64,000 nucleotides of DNA from an uncultured Chloroflexia bacterium (GTDB taxonomy: Bacteria > Chloroflexota > Limnocylindria > Limnocylindrales > CSP1-4): contig CAVSHH010000003.1 of NCBI GenBank assembly GCA_963727585.1, forward strand, positions 1,698,493-1,762,492. The letters are read 5' to 3'. The notes under the pieces are model-generated. The model worked only from the letters and a program-made list of their open reading frames with translations. It did no database searches and was not told the DNA's origin. Shown here in pieces: positions 9,055-19,271 of the stretch. The first letter of the stretch is position 1; the number at the start of each line of letters is the position of its first letter. A program made the translations under genes and the position numbers.

Positions 9055-9522
9055 ATGCCCAAGCTGTCCGCGGGTCTGCTGCTCTACCGCCGGGCCGGCG
9101 CCGAGCTCCAGCTGCTGGTCGCCCATCCCGGTGGCCCCGTCTGGGCACGCCGGGACGGCGGTGCCTGGTCCCTCCCCAAGGGTGCCCTGCTCCCCGACGA
9201 GCCGCCACTTGCGGCCGCGTTGCGCGAGTTCGAGGAGGAAACCGGTCACCGGCCGCCGGATGGGACGGCGATCGACCTGGGCGAGGTGCGGATGCGCTCG
9301 GGCAAGACCGTGCACGGCTTCGCACTCGAGGGCGATCTCGACCCGGATGCGGTCCACAGCATGCGGGTGGAGATCGAGTGGCCCCCTCGCTCGGGGCGGC
9401 GGCTCCACGTGCCGGAGATCGATCGCGTGGTATGGGCAAGCCCCGCCGACGCCCGCCGGCTCCTCAATCCGGCCCAGGCCGAGTTCGTCGACCGGCTCCT
9501 CAGCCGGCTCCCGACCCCATAG
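9055..9522 (+). CDS. NUDIX hydrolase.
   Basis: Nudix box-like GALLPDEPPLAAALREFEEETG. ATG at 9055 (MPKLSAGLLLY). Confidence 0.8.
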   Translation: MPKLSAGLLLYRRAGAELQLLVAHPGGPVWARRDGGAWSLPKGALLPDEPPLAAALREFEEETGHRPPDGTAIDLGEVRMRSGKTVHGFALEGDLDPDAVHSMRVEIEWPPRSGRRLHVPEIDRVVWASPADARRLLNPAQAEFVDRLLSRLPTP

Positions 9523-9606
9523 GGTGGCACCCGCGGGGACGGAGGCGAAGGCGCCCTTGCGGTCCTCGCTGGCGGGATCCGCCGTTCCACCGCACACTTC
9601 CCGGCG

Positions 9607-12471
9607 ATGAATCACGATCCGAACGGCCGCGCGTACAGCGGCGGCGCCTATCCGGACGATCGACCGCGCCGGCGGCGCCAGGGCATCGGCGCAGCGGCGG
9701 CGATGGGCCTGGTCGTGTTCGCCGCGTTCGTCGCGCTCGGCGTCGCGGGTGCGGCCTTCGCCCTGTCCACCTACACCTCGCTCGCCGCGGATCTGCCCGA
9801 TCCGGGCCTGCTCGAGAAGATCGAGCTGCCCCAGCGGTCGGTGGTCTACGACCGGACCGGCACGGTGGAGCTCGCCCGGTTCGGCGAGTTCAACCGGGAG
9901 ACGGTCACGTTCGACGCCATCCCGCCGGTGCTGGTCGACGCCACCACGGCGGTCGAGGACCACACCTTCTGGGAGAACTCCGGCTTCGACCCGGTGGGCA
10001 TCGCCGCCGCCGGCCTCGATGCCCTGCGAGGCCGGCCCCGCGGCGCCTCGACCATCACCCAGCAGCTCGTCCGCCAGCGCCTGCTGACCGAGGACGGCGA
10101 GGCGCAGACACAGGTCACCGCGACTCGCAAGCTCAGGGAGATCATCCAGTCGATCCGCGTCACCCAGGCCTACCCGGGCGAACCCGGCAAGCAGCGGATC
10201 ATGGCCGCGTACCTCAACCAGAACTACTACGGCAACGACTCGTACGGGGTGGCGGCCGCCGCCAAGGGGTATTTCGGGGTCGAGCTCCAGGACCTCACGC
10301 TCGCCCAGGCCGCGATCATCGCGGCCCTGCCCCAGTCGCCATCCACCTATGACCTCGTCCAGAACTCGGTGATCCAGTGCGTGGACCCGTCACAGGACCC
10401 CGAGACGTGCGATCAGACCCAGCTTGTCGTTCCCGCCGACGCCGCGATCGTCGTGCGCCGGAACCTGGTGCTGGACCAGATGGAGGCCGCCGGCGGCACC
10501 CCGCTCACCGGCGACCGGTACACCGCCCAGGACTTCGCAGCGGCCAGGGACGAGCAGGTCGTCCTCGCCGCCCAGCGCTCCAGCCAGTGGAAGGTTCCCC
10601 AGTTCGTGTGGCAGGTGCGCCGCGAGCTGGCCGGCCGAGTGTGCGGCGAGGAGGCTGAGACGTGCCCGCTGCTCGAGCGGGGCGGGCTGCGGATCGTGTC
10701 CACCATCGACCTCGACCTCCAGGCCGCCGCCGAGCGGTGGGTGCAGGCCGCGACCATCGTGCCCAAGTCCAGGAACCCGCGGGCGGCGGCCAGGGCCCTG
10801 GGCCTGACGTACCAGCCGTGGATGGCCAATCTCGAGGACAAGAGCCTGCGCAACGGCGCCCTGATCGCGATGGACTACCAGACCGGGGAGATCGTCGCCT
10901 ACCAGGGCTCGGCCGACCCCACGGCCACCAGGGCCACCAAGCGCTTCCAGCCCCGCTATGACGTCCTCGCCGACGGCTGGCGCCAGCCCGGCTCCGCGTT
11001 CAAGCCCGTGGTCTACGCCACCGGCATCGACGCGCAGCGGATCACCGCCGGCACCGCGTTCATGGACGTGGTGACGGACTTCGGGGGCGGCTACACCCCC
11101 ACCGACGCCGACAACCTCGAGCGCGGCCCCGTGCGCGCTCGCGACGCGCTTCGCTTCTCGCTCAACATCCCGGCTGTCAAAGCGATGGCGGTGATCGGCA
11201 ATGCCGCCGTCCAGCAGAAGGCGGAGGACATGGGCGTCCGGTTCATGGACGACCAGGTGGATGCCGGCCTGGCATTCGCGCTGGGCGTGGAGGAGGTCCA
11301 CCCCAAGGACCTGGTGCGCGCCTACGGCACCCTTGCCAACGGCGGCCAGCTCGTGGACCAGACCACGATCATCGAGGTCACCGACGACACCGGCCAGGTC
11401 GTGCTCGAGGCATCGACGGCCGCGGAGCCCACCCGGGCGCTGGACAGGGGCGCCGCCGCCATCGTGACCGACATCCTGGCCGGCAACACCGATCCGGGCG
11501 TGAACCCGTACTGGGGAGAGTTCCGGATCATGGACGGCAGGAAGCGCCGTCCGGCGGCGCTCAAGACCGGCACCAACAACGAGGCCCGCGACCTCAACGC
11601 CTACGGCTACATCGCGGCCCCGTCCAAGGCCGAGCGGGCGGACGGCGAGTACGCGCTGGCAGTCGGCGTGTGGAACGGCAACTCGGACAACTCACTGGTG
11701 TCCACGCCGGCGGACCCGCTGTTCTCGAGCGGCGTCTCGACCTATGTCTGGCAGGGCTTCCTGGAGGAGGCCACCAAGGGCTGGTCGATCAACCAGTTCA
11801 AGCTGCCGGGATCGCTGGAGTCGGTCCGGGTGGACCCCTGGACGGGCCTCGTCGCCACGGGTGGTCAGAGCGTCAACGAGCTGTTCCTCAAGGGCACCGC
11901 TCCGACACAGCGCCTGGCGGCCGACCAGGGCTGCGGGGCGGCGGTGCTGGGGGTGGTGGGCTTCGAGAGCCAGTACCCGGACTGGATGGCCGCCGACGAG
12001 GGCTGGATCAGGCGCGCCGAGAAGGGCCCTGGCCGGGCAGGCGGGCCCGAGGGAACGCGCACCGCGTACTTCTACAACGGCGTGTTCGTCCCCTACGGCC
12101 GATCGTGGGGAGTGGTGGTGAGCAGCGGTCCAGGCTGCGCCACGCCGACGCCCAGCCCGACGGTGGATCCATGCGCGTCCTATGACCCGCTGGCCTCCGT
12201 CGATCCGCTGGCCTCCGTCGATCCGCTGGCCACGCCGCTCCTCTGCCCCACCCCGTCCGCGTCAGTGGAGCCGTCGGTCGAACCCAGCCCGACCGACATT
12301 GCGACGCCCTCGCCGACGGCCGCCCCCACGCCCACCGCCCCCCCGACCAAGGCGCCCCCGACCAAGGCGCCGACACCGAGCCCGACCAAGGCGCCGACAC
12401 CGAGCCCGACGGCCGCCCCCACACCCACGCCCGCCCCGCCGACGCCGACTCCGGCACCCGCTGCCACCTGA
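9607..12471 (+). CDS. Class A penicillin-binding protein (PBP1A-type, transglycosylase plus transpeptidase) with a Pro/Thr-rich C-terminal tail.
   Basis: N-terminal TM, GT51 motifs (EDHTFWENSGFD, RGASTITQQL), transpeptidase SxxK (SAFKP) and KTGT (ALKTGTN), C-terminal PTPTAPPTKAPPTKAP repeats. Confidence 0.9.
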   Translation: MNHDPNGRAYSGGAYPDDRPRRRRQGIGAAAAMGLVVFAAFVALGVAGAAFALSTYTSLAADLPDPGLLEKIELPQRSVVYDRTGTVELARFGEFNRETVTFDAIPPVLVDATTAVEDHTFWENSGFDPVGIAAAGLDALRGRPRGASTITQQLVRQRLLTEDGEAQTQVTATRKLREIIQSIRVTQAYPGEPGKQRIMAAYLNQNYYGNDSYGVAAAAKGYFGVELQDLTLAQAAIIAALPQSPSTYDLVQNSVIQCVDPSQDPETCDQTQLVVPADAAIVVRRNLVLDQMEAAGGTPLTGDRYTAQDFAAARDEQVVLAAQRSSQWKVPQFVWQVRRELAGRVCGEEAETCPLLERGGLRIVSTIDLDLQAAAERWVQAATIVPKSRNPRAAARALGLTYQPWMANLEDKSLRNGALIAMDYQTGEIVAYQGSADPTATRATKRFQPRYDVLADGWRQPGSAFKPVVYATGIDAQRITAGTAFMDVVTDFGGGYTPTDADNLERGPVRARDALRFSLNIPAVKAMAVIGNAAVQQKAEDMGVRFMDDQVDAGLAFALGVEEVHPKDLVRAYGTLANGGQLVDQTTIIEVTDDTGQVVLEASTAAEPTRALDRGAAAIVTDILAGNTDPGVNPYWGEFRIMDGRKRRPAALKTGTNNEARDLNAYGYIAAPSKAERADGEYALAVGVWNGNSDNSLVSTPADPLFSSGVSTYVWQGFLEEATKGWSINQFKLPGSLESVRVDPWTGLVATGGQSVNELFLKGTAPTQRLAADQGCGAAVLGVVGFESQYPDWMAADEGWIRRAEKGPGRAGGPEGTRTAYFYNGVFVPYGRSWGVVVSSGPGCATPTPSPTVDPCASYDPLASVDPLASVDPLATPLLCPTPSASVEPSVEPSPTDIATPSPTAAPTPTAPPTKAPPTKAPTPSPTKAPTPSPTAAPTPTPAPPTPTPAPAAT

Positions 12472-12480
12472 GCCCGTACC

Positions 12481-12500
12481 GGCGCCTCCTCGAGGCGTCG
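12481..12500. terminator. GC-rich hairpin (ggcgcctc ctcg aggcgtc) between convergent genes.
   Basis: Inverted repeat read directly. Lies between the PBP stop and the LLM oxidoreductase stop. Confidence 0.35.
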
Positions 12501-12520
12501 ACGACGCTGGGCCGCGATGC

Positions 12521-13378
12521 TCAGGCCGGGGTGAACGCCATCCGCAGCGCCGGCACGACCTCGGTGGCGATCCGCCGCAGCCTGGCCTCCGGTACGCCGC
12601 GGGGAACGGCGGAGATGTCCGTGAACCCCAGCTCGAGGTGCCGCCGGGCGAACGCCTCGTAGGCGGCTTCGCTCTCCAGCACCTCGGAGCCGGCCCAGAC
12701 GGAACGCCGGATCGTCGCCGGATCGCGCCCGATGGCCTTGCATGCCGCGTCGAGCATCTCGATCCGCTCCTCGACGCTCGTGGTCACGCCGTCGGTGGCG
12801 GTCCCGGGCAGCTCGGGGAACGTGTCCCACTGGTCGGCCCAGCGGGCGGCCAGCCGGATCATCCGCGGGCGGTGGGCCGCAACGAGCAACGGGATCCGGG
12901 GCCGCTGCACCGGGCGCGGCTCGAACACCGCGTCGTCGGTCCGGTAGAAGCGACCCGTGTACGTCAGCCGCGGCTCCTCCTGGAGCCGGACCAGCAGCTC
13001 CACCGCTTCCTCCAGCCGGTCCACCCGGTCGGCGGCGGCGGGCAGGTCCAGGCCGTACCGGCGGTGCTCGTCGGCGTGCCAGCCCGTGCCGATCCCGAGG
13101 ATCAGCCGGCCCCCGCTGACGTGGTCGACGGTGACCGCCTCCTTGGCCAGCAGGGCCGGGTGGCGGAACGTGTTGGCCGACACGAGCACGCCGAGCCGGA
13201 TCCGCCGGGTCGTCGCCGCCAGGGCCGCCAGCAGCGTCCACGCCTCGAGACACGGCAGCTCGGGCGGGCCGTCGGTGTCGAGCAGGTGGTCGACCAGCCA
13301 GGCGTGGTCGAAGCCCAGGTCCTCGGCGAGGGCGAACTCGTCGCGGACCTGGGACCAGGGCTTGCTCGCCTGGCTCAT
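12521..13378 (-). CDS. LLM-class F420-dependent oxidoreductase (second copy).
   Basis: AWLVDHL...GRLILGIGTGW. Start taken at MSQASKPW (13378). Confidence 0.75.
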   Translation of the reverse strand: MSQASKPWSQVRDEFALAEDLGFDHAWLVDHLLDTDGPPELPCLEAWTLLAALAATTRRIRLGVLVSANTFRHPALLAKEAVTVDHVSGGRLILGIGTGWHADEHRRYGLDLPAAADRVDRLEEAVELLVRLQEEPRLTYTGRFYRTDDAVFEPRPVQRPRIPLLVAAHRPRMIRLAARWADQWDTFPELPGTATDGVTTSVEERIEMLDAACKAIGRDPATIRRSVWAGSEVLESEAAYEAFARRHLELGFTDISAVPRGVPEARLRRIATEVVPALRMAFTPA

Positions 13379-13610
13379 GAACAGGCCGAAGCGGGGCAAG
13401 AGCGGCACGCGAACCTCCTGGCGAAGCGAGCCTCGCATGTCCTGGATCGGGCCCGCCGTGCTGCCGATGCTAGCGGGCGAGCGCCCGGCCTGCGCATTCT
13501 CAGCGAACTCTCAGCCGATCCGCCCTATCATCCGCCACGGCCCGGCGTGGAACCCATCCCGTCCGCCGGGCGACTGCATCATCGTTCTGCCTCGCTCTCG
13601 GAGTCACGAC

Positions 13611-14798
13611 ATGTCGGATCGCGCCTCCGGGCACCCGGTGCGCTCACGCCTCGCCGCCCGGGCCGCCCTGCTCCTCGCCATCATCGGCCTCGTCGCCGGT
13701 CCGGCCGCCCCGCTGGTGGCCGCCGCAGGCGGGCTGACGGTCACCACCCCCTTCCCGTCCGTGGTGGCCAAGCCGGGGAGCACCGCGACCTTCAAGCTCA
13801 CCCTGACATCCGACCAGCAGGGCGAGATCGGGCTGGCCACGTCCGGCGTCCCGTCCGGCTGGAGCGCGTCGTTCGCCGGTGGTGGCCTGGATGTCACCGG
13901 CGCCTACCTCACCCGCAACGACCCGGTGGACCTCAACCTCAACGTGGTGGTTCCGGCCGACGCCGCCGACGCCAGCGCGACCATCCGGGTCCAGGCAACC
14001 GGACCCCAGGGGACCACAACCCTGCCGCTGACGGTGCAGGTGCAGCAGAAGGCCGGCGGCACGGTCACCCTCACCTCGGACTACCCCGAGCTGCAGGGCC
14101 CGGCCTCGTCCACCTTCAGCTTCTCGCTCACGCTCAAGAACGGCGGCGCCGAGGAGAGCACCTTCGCGATCGCCACCCAGGCCCCCGACGGCTGGACGGT
14201 CACCGCCAAGCCGTCGGGCCAGGCGCAGGCGACCAGCGCCGTGGTCACGGCCGGCGGATCGACCACGATCGCGGTCTCGGCCCTGGCCCCCAAGCAGATC
14301 GATGCCGGCACGTACCCCATCACCGTGACCGCAACCGGCGGCGGCGGCAGCGCCAGCGCCGATCTCGACGTCATCATCACCGGCAGCTACTCCCTCGACG
14401 TGTCGACGCCGAACCAGGTCCTGTCGACCGCCGCCAACGCGGGCAGCACCACCGACTTCCAGCTCACGATCACCAACACCGGCACCGCCGAGCTGACCAA
14501 TGTCCAGCCGGAGGCGAGCGCACCCACCGGCTGGACCGTCACCTTCGACCAGGAGACGATCGCGAGCATCGCCCCCGACGAGACGGCGACCGTGACCGCC
14601 GCCATCACGCCCACGGGCGAGGCCATCACCGGCGACTACAACGTGACCATGACCGCCAAGAATGACGAGGCCACCGGTTCGGTCACGATCCGGGTCAAGG
14701 TCGAGACCCCGGCCTTCTGGTGGATCGCCGGGGTCCTGCTGATCGCCGTCGTGTTCGTGGGCCTGTGGTGGGTCTTCCGGACGTACGGGCGGCGGTAG
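13611..14798 (+). CDS. Secreted NEW3/CARDB-like domain protein with signal peptide and C-terminal TM anchor.
   Basis: Signal peptide [27 protein letters not shown], then repeated Ig-like beta-rich segments (TFKLTLTSD..., [12 protein letters not shown]..., [17 protein letters not shown]...), then C-terminal [20 protein letters not shown]. The ATG at 13611 was chosen inside longer track ORF 12957..14798. Confidence 0.65.
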   Translation: MSDRASGHPVRSRLAARAALLLAIIGLVAGPAAPLVAAAGGLTVTTPFPSVVAKPGSTATFKLTLTSDQQGEIGLATSGVPSGWSASFAGGGLDVTGAYLTRNDPVDLNLNVVVPADAADASATIRVQATGPQGTTTLPLTVQVQQKAGGTVTLTSDYPELQGPASSTFSFSLTLKNGGAEESTFAIATQAPDGWTVTAKPSGQAQATSAVVTAGGSTTIAVSALAPKQIDAGTYPITVTATGGGGSASADLDVIITGSYSLDVSTPNQVLSTAANAGSTTDFQLTITNTGTAELTNVQPEASAPTGWTVTFDQETIASIAPDETATVTAAITPTGEAITGDYNVTMTAKNDEATGSVTIRVKVETPAFWWIAGVLLIAVVFVGLWWVFRTYGRR

Positions 14799-14802
14799 CG
14801 AC

Positions 14803-15909
14803 ATGACCGACGAGCGGACGACCCCGTCCGCCGGCGAGGCGGGCAAGCGCCCGGTGCGGCCGTGGGAGGTTGCCCCTCCCGACCGGCCGGTCCGCCGGGA
14901 CGGTCCGCGCAGGACGCGGCGAGTGACCGTCGCCGAGGTGCTGGCCGATGTCCCCGAGGACGCGGTCATTGTCGCCCGGCGGCTGACCAGGCAGTACGGC
15001 GAGTTCACCGCCGTCGACCGCCTCGACCTGACGGTCCGGAGGGGCGAGGTGTTCGGACTGCTGGGTCCCAACGGCGCCGGCAAGACCACGACCGTGCTGA
15101 TGCTGCTGGGCCTGACCGAGCCGACCCGGGGCGTGGTGCGCGTGCTGGGCCTCGATCCGTCCCGCGAACCGCTGGCGGTCAAGCGCCAGGTGGGCTACCT
15201 GCCCGACAACGTCGGCTTCTACCCCACCCTGACCGGGCGCGAGAACCTGCGCTACACGGCCAAGCTCAACGGCATCCCGCGCACCGAGGCGGAGGCCCGC
15301 ATCGACGAGCTGCTGGCCGAGGTGCGCCTCGAGGACGCGGCGGACCGCCGGGCCGACACCTACTCGCGCGGCATGCGGCAGCGACTGGGCATCGCCGATG
15401 CGCTGGTGAAGGAACCCGCGGTGCTGATCCTCGACGAGCCCACCATCGCGATCGACCCATCGGGTGTCGAGGAGCTGCTCGCGCTGCTCCGGCGGCTCGT
15501 CCGGGAGCGCGACCTGACCGTCCTCCTCTCGTCGCACATCCTGGGCCAGGTCCAGTCGCTGTGTGACCGGGTGGGCTTCTTCTCGGCCGGCAGGCTGATC
15601 GCTGCAGGGCCGCTGGCCGAGCTCGCGGGCGGCGCCGACCAGGCGATCCAGCTGGAGGTCGCGATCGAGGGCGACCCGGCCTCGATCGATCCCGTCGCGC
15701 TCGCCGTCGAGGGCGTCACCGCGGTCGAGCCCGACGACCGCGAGGAGCGGCTGCGCATCGTGTCCGCCTCACACGACGTCGCGGCCCCGCTGGCCGGCGC
15801 GCTGTCCGCGGCCGGGCTGACCCTGACCCACCTGCGCCGGCGGGGAACCGACCTGATGGAGCTCTACCGCAAGTTCGTCCCGGAGGGTCTCGATGGCCGC
15901 GCCCGCTGA
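14803..15909 (+). CDS. ABC transporter ATP-binding protein.
   Basis: [25 protein letters not shown]. Confidence 0.9.
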   Translation: MTDERTTPSAGEAGKRPVRPWEVAPPDRPVRRDGPRRTRRVTVAEVLADVPEDAVIVARRLTRQYGEFTAVDRLDLTVRRGEVFGLLGPNGAGKTTTVLMLLGLTEPTRGVVRVLGLDPSREPLAVKRQVGYLPDNVGFYPTLTGRENLRYTAKLNGIPRTEAEARIDELLAEVRLEDAADRRADTYSRGMRQRLGIADALVKEPAVLILDEPTIAIDPSGVEELLALLRRLVRERDLTVLLSSHILGQVQSLCDRVGFFSAGRLIAAGPLAELAGGADQAIQLEVAIEGDPASIDPVALAVEGVTAVEPDDREERLRIVSASHDVAAPLAGALSAAGLTLTHLRRRGTDLMELYRKFVPEGLDGRAR

Positions 15910-16939
15910 CACGTCCCGCCGCGGCGACTCCCGCCGCGGCGACGCGATCCGCAAGGCCCGCCGCGCCGAGAAGGCGCCGTCGGGTGGCTGGCGGACGATC
16001 GCCGCCAAGGAGCTGGCCGATCACCTCGCCAGCATCCGGTTCTTCGTCCTGCTGGTGGTGGTCGCCGTGCTGGCGATCATCCCGCTCTACCTCATCTCCG
16101 GGGAACTGAGCAGCCAGGCGCCCCAGGTGTCCGGCGTCAAGGCGCTGTTCCTGGCCCTGTTCGTGGTCGGCTCCGACAGCATCGGCGGCCTGACCACGGT
16201 GTTCTTCGTCGCGCTGCTCGTACCGCTGGTGGGGATCGCGTTCGGGTTCGATGCCGTCAACAGCGAGCGCAGCCAGGGAACGCTGGCCCGGCTGCTCGCC
16301 CAGCCGGTCCACCGCGACGACGTCGTCAACGGCAAGTTCGCGGCCGGCATCGCGGTGATCGCGATGATGATCGGTGCGCTGGTGCTGTTCGTGGCCGCGG
16401 CCGGGATCATGCGCCTGGGGATCATCCCCGGACCGGAGGAGATTGCCCGGATCCTCGTCTGGTTCCTGGCAACCGTCCTGTACGCCTCGTTCTGGCTGGC
16501 GTTCGCGCTGCTGCTCTCGGTCGTGGTGCGCAGCGCGGCCTCGGCGGCGCTGATCGGCTTCGGCTCCTGGCTGGGCCTCACGCTGATCGGGTCGGTGCTG
16601 CTGCCGATCATCGCCGGCACCCTGTTCCCGACCGCGGGCAGCAGCAGCTACGACCAGCTGTTCGCCGCCTCCGGGGCGCAGCAACTGTTCCTGCGGCTGT
16701 CCCCGGCCCAGCTGTACAACGACATCCAGGTCGCGATCCTCAACCCGTCGGTGAGCACCGTGATCGGGCCGGCGAACCTGGGCCAGGCGATCAGCTCCCA
16801 GGAGGCCATTCCGTCCCTGCTCTCGCTCGACCAGTCGATCCTCGTGGTCTGGCCGCAGATCGTGCTGCTGGTCGCGTTGACCGCGGTCATGTTCGCCCTC
16901 GGCTACGTGCTGTTCCTGCGCCAGGAGGTCCGCGCCTAG
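15893..16939 (+). CDS. ABC-2 family transporter permease.
   Basis: Multi-TM protein that overlaps the ATPase stop. Confidence 0.75.
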   Translation: MAAPADTSRRGDSRRGDAIRKARRAEKAPSGGWRTIAAKELADHLASIRFFVLLVVVAVLAIIPLYLISGELSSQAPQVSGVKALFLALFVVGSDSIGGLTTVFFVALLVPLVGIAFGFDAVNSERSQGTLARLLAQPVHRDDVVNGKFAAGIAVIAMMIGALVLFVAAAGIMRLGIIPGPEEIARILVWFLATVLYASFWLAFALLLSVVVRSAASAALIGFGSWLGLTLIGSVLLPIIAGTLFPTAGSSSYDQLFAASGAQQLFLRLSPAQLYNDIQVAILNPSVSTVIGPANLGQAISSQEAIPSLLSLDQSILVVWPQIVLLVALTAVMFALGYVLFLRQEVRA

Positions 16940-17057
16940 TCCGCGCCCAGGCGGCGCGGCGCGTCACCAACCCGTCACCGGCCTGATGCAGGATGGTGGG
17001 GTACCACCCGGTACCCGGCGATCCGAACCTGCGCCGGCGACGAACCACCGGTGACCG

Positions 17058-18668
17058 ATGAACCAGCCCTTCGCCAACCCTGAGCCGCCCGCCGCCTCCC
17101 CGCCGAGCGCAGCACCCGCCCGGGTGTCGCGGCTGGCCGGTGCCCTGGCGGGTCTCGTGGCCGCCGCGGCCGCCCTGGCCACCGGCGAGCTGGTGGCGGC
17201 GGTGACGGGTAGCACCCCGGCGCCGGGGATCGCGGTCGGCACGGCGATCATCGACTTTGCCCCGCCGGGCTCGAAGGAGTTCGTCGTCGCGTTGTTCGGC
17301 ACCAACGACAAGCTCGCGCTCATCGTCCTGGTCACGGTTGCCGTGCTCGCCTTCGGCGTCGTGATCGGGCTGGTCGCGCGGCGGTCCATGCTCGTGGCAT
17401 CGCTGCTGATCGCGGGCCTGGTGGCGGTCGGCGGCCTGGCCGGGATGCGCGATCCAACGGCCAGCGCGTCCATGGTCCTGATCTCCTCGGTCGCGCAGGC
17501 GGCCGTCGGCATCCTCGTGCTCGAGGCGCTCATGGGGGCCGCCCGTCTGCCGGCCTCCGCGTCCGGGGGCGCGACGCCGGCAGACGCCGACGCCGTGCGT
17601 CGGAGTTTCCTCGTGCGGGCCGGCGGGCTGGGCCTGCTGTCGCTGGTCGGCTTCGGGGTGGGCCGGGCGCTGCTCGACGGGCGCGCCTCGCAGTCCGCGG
17701 GGGTCGGCCTGTCGGTGCCGGAGACCGTGGACCCGGCCATGTCCATCGCACCCGAGAACACGCTCGACGTGACCGGCATCACGCCGCTGGTCACCCCCAA
17801 CGACGCCTTCTACCGGATCGACACGGCGCTCATCACGCCCGCCGTGGACGTGGCGACCTGGTCGCTTCGCGTGCACGGCATGGTGGACCACGAGCTGGAC
17901 CTCACCTTCGACCAGCTGGTGGAGCTGCCGGTGATCGAGCGCTACGTGACCATCAGCTGTGTCAGCAACGAGGTCGGCGGCAGGCTGATCGGCAACGCCA
18001 GGTGGAGCGGCGTCAGGCTGACCGACGTGCTCGACATGGCCGGGGTCCAGCCCGGCGCGACCCAGGTGGTGCCGCGTTCCGTCGACGGCTGGGCGGCCGG
18101 CTTCCCCACCGAGTGGGTCACCCATCCCGACCACCCGCGCGACGCCATGATCGCCGTGAAGATGAACGGCGAGCCACTGCCGTCGGAGCACGGGTTCCCG
18201 GCCCGGCTCATCGTCCCCGGCCTGTACGGCTACGTCTCGGCCACCAAGTGGCTGAGCGAGATCGAGCTCACCACGTGGGAGGCGTTCGACTCCTACTGGG
18301 TGCCGCGGGGCTGGTCCAAGGAGGGTCCGATCCTCACCCAGTGCCGGATCGACGTCCCCCGTCCAAGCGACCTGTACCAGGCCGGCGACATGGTGGCCGT
18401 GGCCGGCGTCGCGTGGGCCATGGACCGCGGCATCTCCAGGGTCGAGGTCATGGTCGATGACGGTGACTGGCAGGAGGCGACGCTCTCCGACCCGCTGGGA
18501 CCCCAGACCTGGGTCCAGTGGAAGTGGGCCTGGACCGCCGTCCCCGGCCGGCACACGTTCACGGTTCGGGCCACCGATGGCGACGGCGTGGTCCAGGCCT
18601 CGGAGATGACGCCGCCCGCCCCGGACGGTGCCCGCGGCTACCCCACGAGGGCCGTGCAGGTCGGCTGA
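17058..18668 (+). CDS. Molybdopterin-dependent oxidoreductase (sulfite-oxidase / YedY-MsrP family) fused to an N-terminal multi-TM domain.
   Basis: About 180 aa with four hydrophobic helices, then an internal RRSFLVRAGGLG twin-arginine-like motif, then the Moco domain (VTISCVSNEVGG, NARWSGVRLTDVL, HGFPARLIVPGLYGY) and a C-terminal Ig-like dimerisation region. Confidence 0.75.
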   Translation: MNQPFANPEPPAASPPSAAPARVSRLAGALAGLVAAAAALATGELVAAVTGSTPAPGIAVGTAIIDFAPPGSKEFVVALFGTNDKLALIVLVTVAVLAFGVVIGLVARRSMLVASLLIAGLVAVGGLAGMRDPTASASMVLISSVAQAAVGILVLEALMGAARLPASASGGATPADADAVRRSFLVRAGGLGLLSLVGFGVGRALLDGRASQSAGVGLSVPETVDPAMSIAPENTLDVTGITPLVTPNDAFYRIDTALITPAVDVATWSLRVHGMVDHELDLTFDQLVELPVIERYVTISCVSNEVGGRLIGNARWSGVRLTDVLDMAGVQPGATQVVPRSVDGWAAGFPTEWVTHPDHPRDAMIAVKMNGEPLPSEHGFPARLIVPGLYGYVSATKWLSEIELTTWEAFDSYWVPRGWSKEGPILTQCRIDVPRPSDLYQAGDMVAVAGVAWAMDRGISRVEVMVDDGDWQEATLSDPLGPQTWVQWKWAWTAVPGRHTFTVRATDGDGVVQASEMTPPAPDGARGYPTRAVQVG

Positions 18669-18696
18669 GCGCGCTTCCGGTACCCTCGCTCACCTG

Positions 18697-19254
18697 ATGC
18701 CTCGACACCGATACCTGTTCGACACCCCAGATCGCTTCGTCGCGGGCACGGTCGGTGTCCCCGGCAACCGCACCTTCTTCCTGCAGGCGCGCGAGGGGAC
18801 GCGGGTCGTCTCGGTCGCCTTGGAGAAGGTCCAGGTCGCCGCCCTCGCGCAGCGGCTGGGCGACCTGCTCGAGGAGCTCGAGCGGCGCAGTGTCGAGGGC
18901 GCCGAGGATGTCGCCGGCATCGTGGGCGACACCGCAGCGCTCGACGAGCCGATCAACGAGGCGTTCCGCGTGGGCGTGCTGTCGATCGGCTGGGATACGG
19001 CCGACGAGCTGATCGTCCTCGAAGCGCGCGAGATCACCGAGGACGAGGAGGACGAGGTGGAGCCGTTCGCGGACGATGCCGAGGACGGCCCGGATCTGGT
19101 CCGGGTCCGCATCTCGGCCGCGTATGCCCGCGAGTTCATCGCCCGCGCCCAGCGGGTGGTGGCGGCCGGCCGGCCGCCGTGTCCCCTGTGCGGCGAACCG
19201 CTCGACCCGCAGGGACATCTCTGCCCGCGCCGCAACGGCCATCTCCTGAACTGA
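18697..19254 (+). CDS. DUF3090 family protein (partner of the SCO1664 family).
   Basis: MPRHRYLFDTPDRFVAGTVGVPGNRTFFLQA... with a C-terminal CPLCGEPLDPQGHLCPRRNGH Cys/His cluster. Confidence 0.7.
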   Translation: MPRHRYLFDTPDRFVAGTVGVPGNRTFFLQAREGTRVVSVALEKVQVAALAQRLGDLLEELERRSVEGAEDVAGIVGDTAALDEPINEAFRVGVLSIGWDTADELIVLEAREITEDEEDEVEPFADDAEDGPDLVRVRISAAYAREFIARAQRVVAAGRPPCPLCGEPLDPQGHLCPRRNGHLLN

Positions 19255-19271
19255 CGCCAGCCGAGCGGCCG

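Noticed and set aside
8440-9963. 507-aa minus-strand ORF, and similar long ORFs (23449-25887 at 812 aa, 26075-27883 at 602 aa, 28151-29896 at 581 aa, 33733-35907 at 724 aa, 40222-42357 at 711 aa, 16887-18554 at 555 aa, 61503-63224 at 573 aa, 57172-59304 at 710 aa on plus, 5150-6829 and 6772-8055).
   Set aside because: They are antisense to genes with clear motifs (NUDIX/PBP, aminotransferase, helicase, PQQ dehydrogenase, PBP, Mo-enzyme, aceE, ABC). Their translations are Arg/Pro/Gly/Asp-rich low-complexity strings typical of shadow ORFs in about 70% GC DNA.
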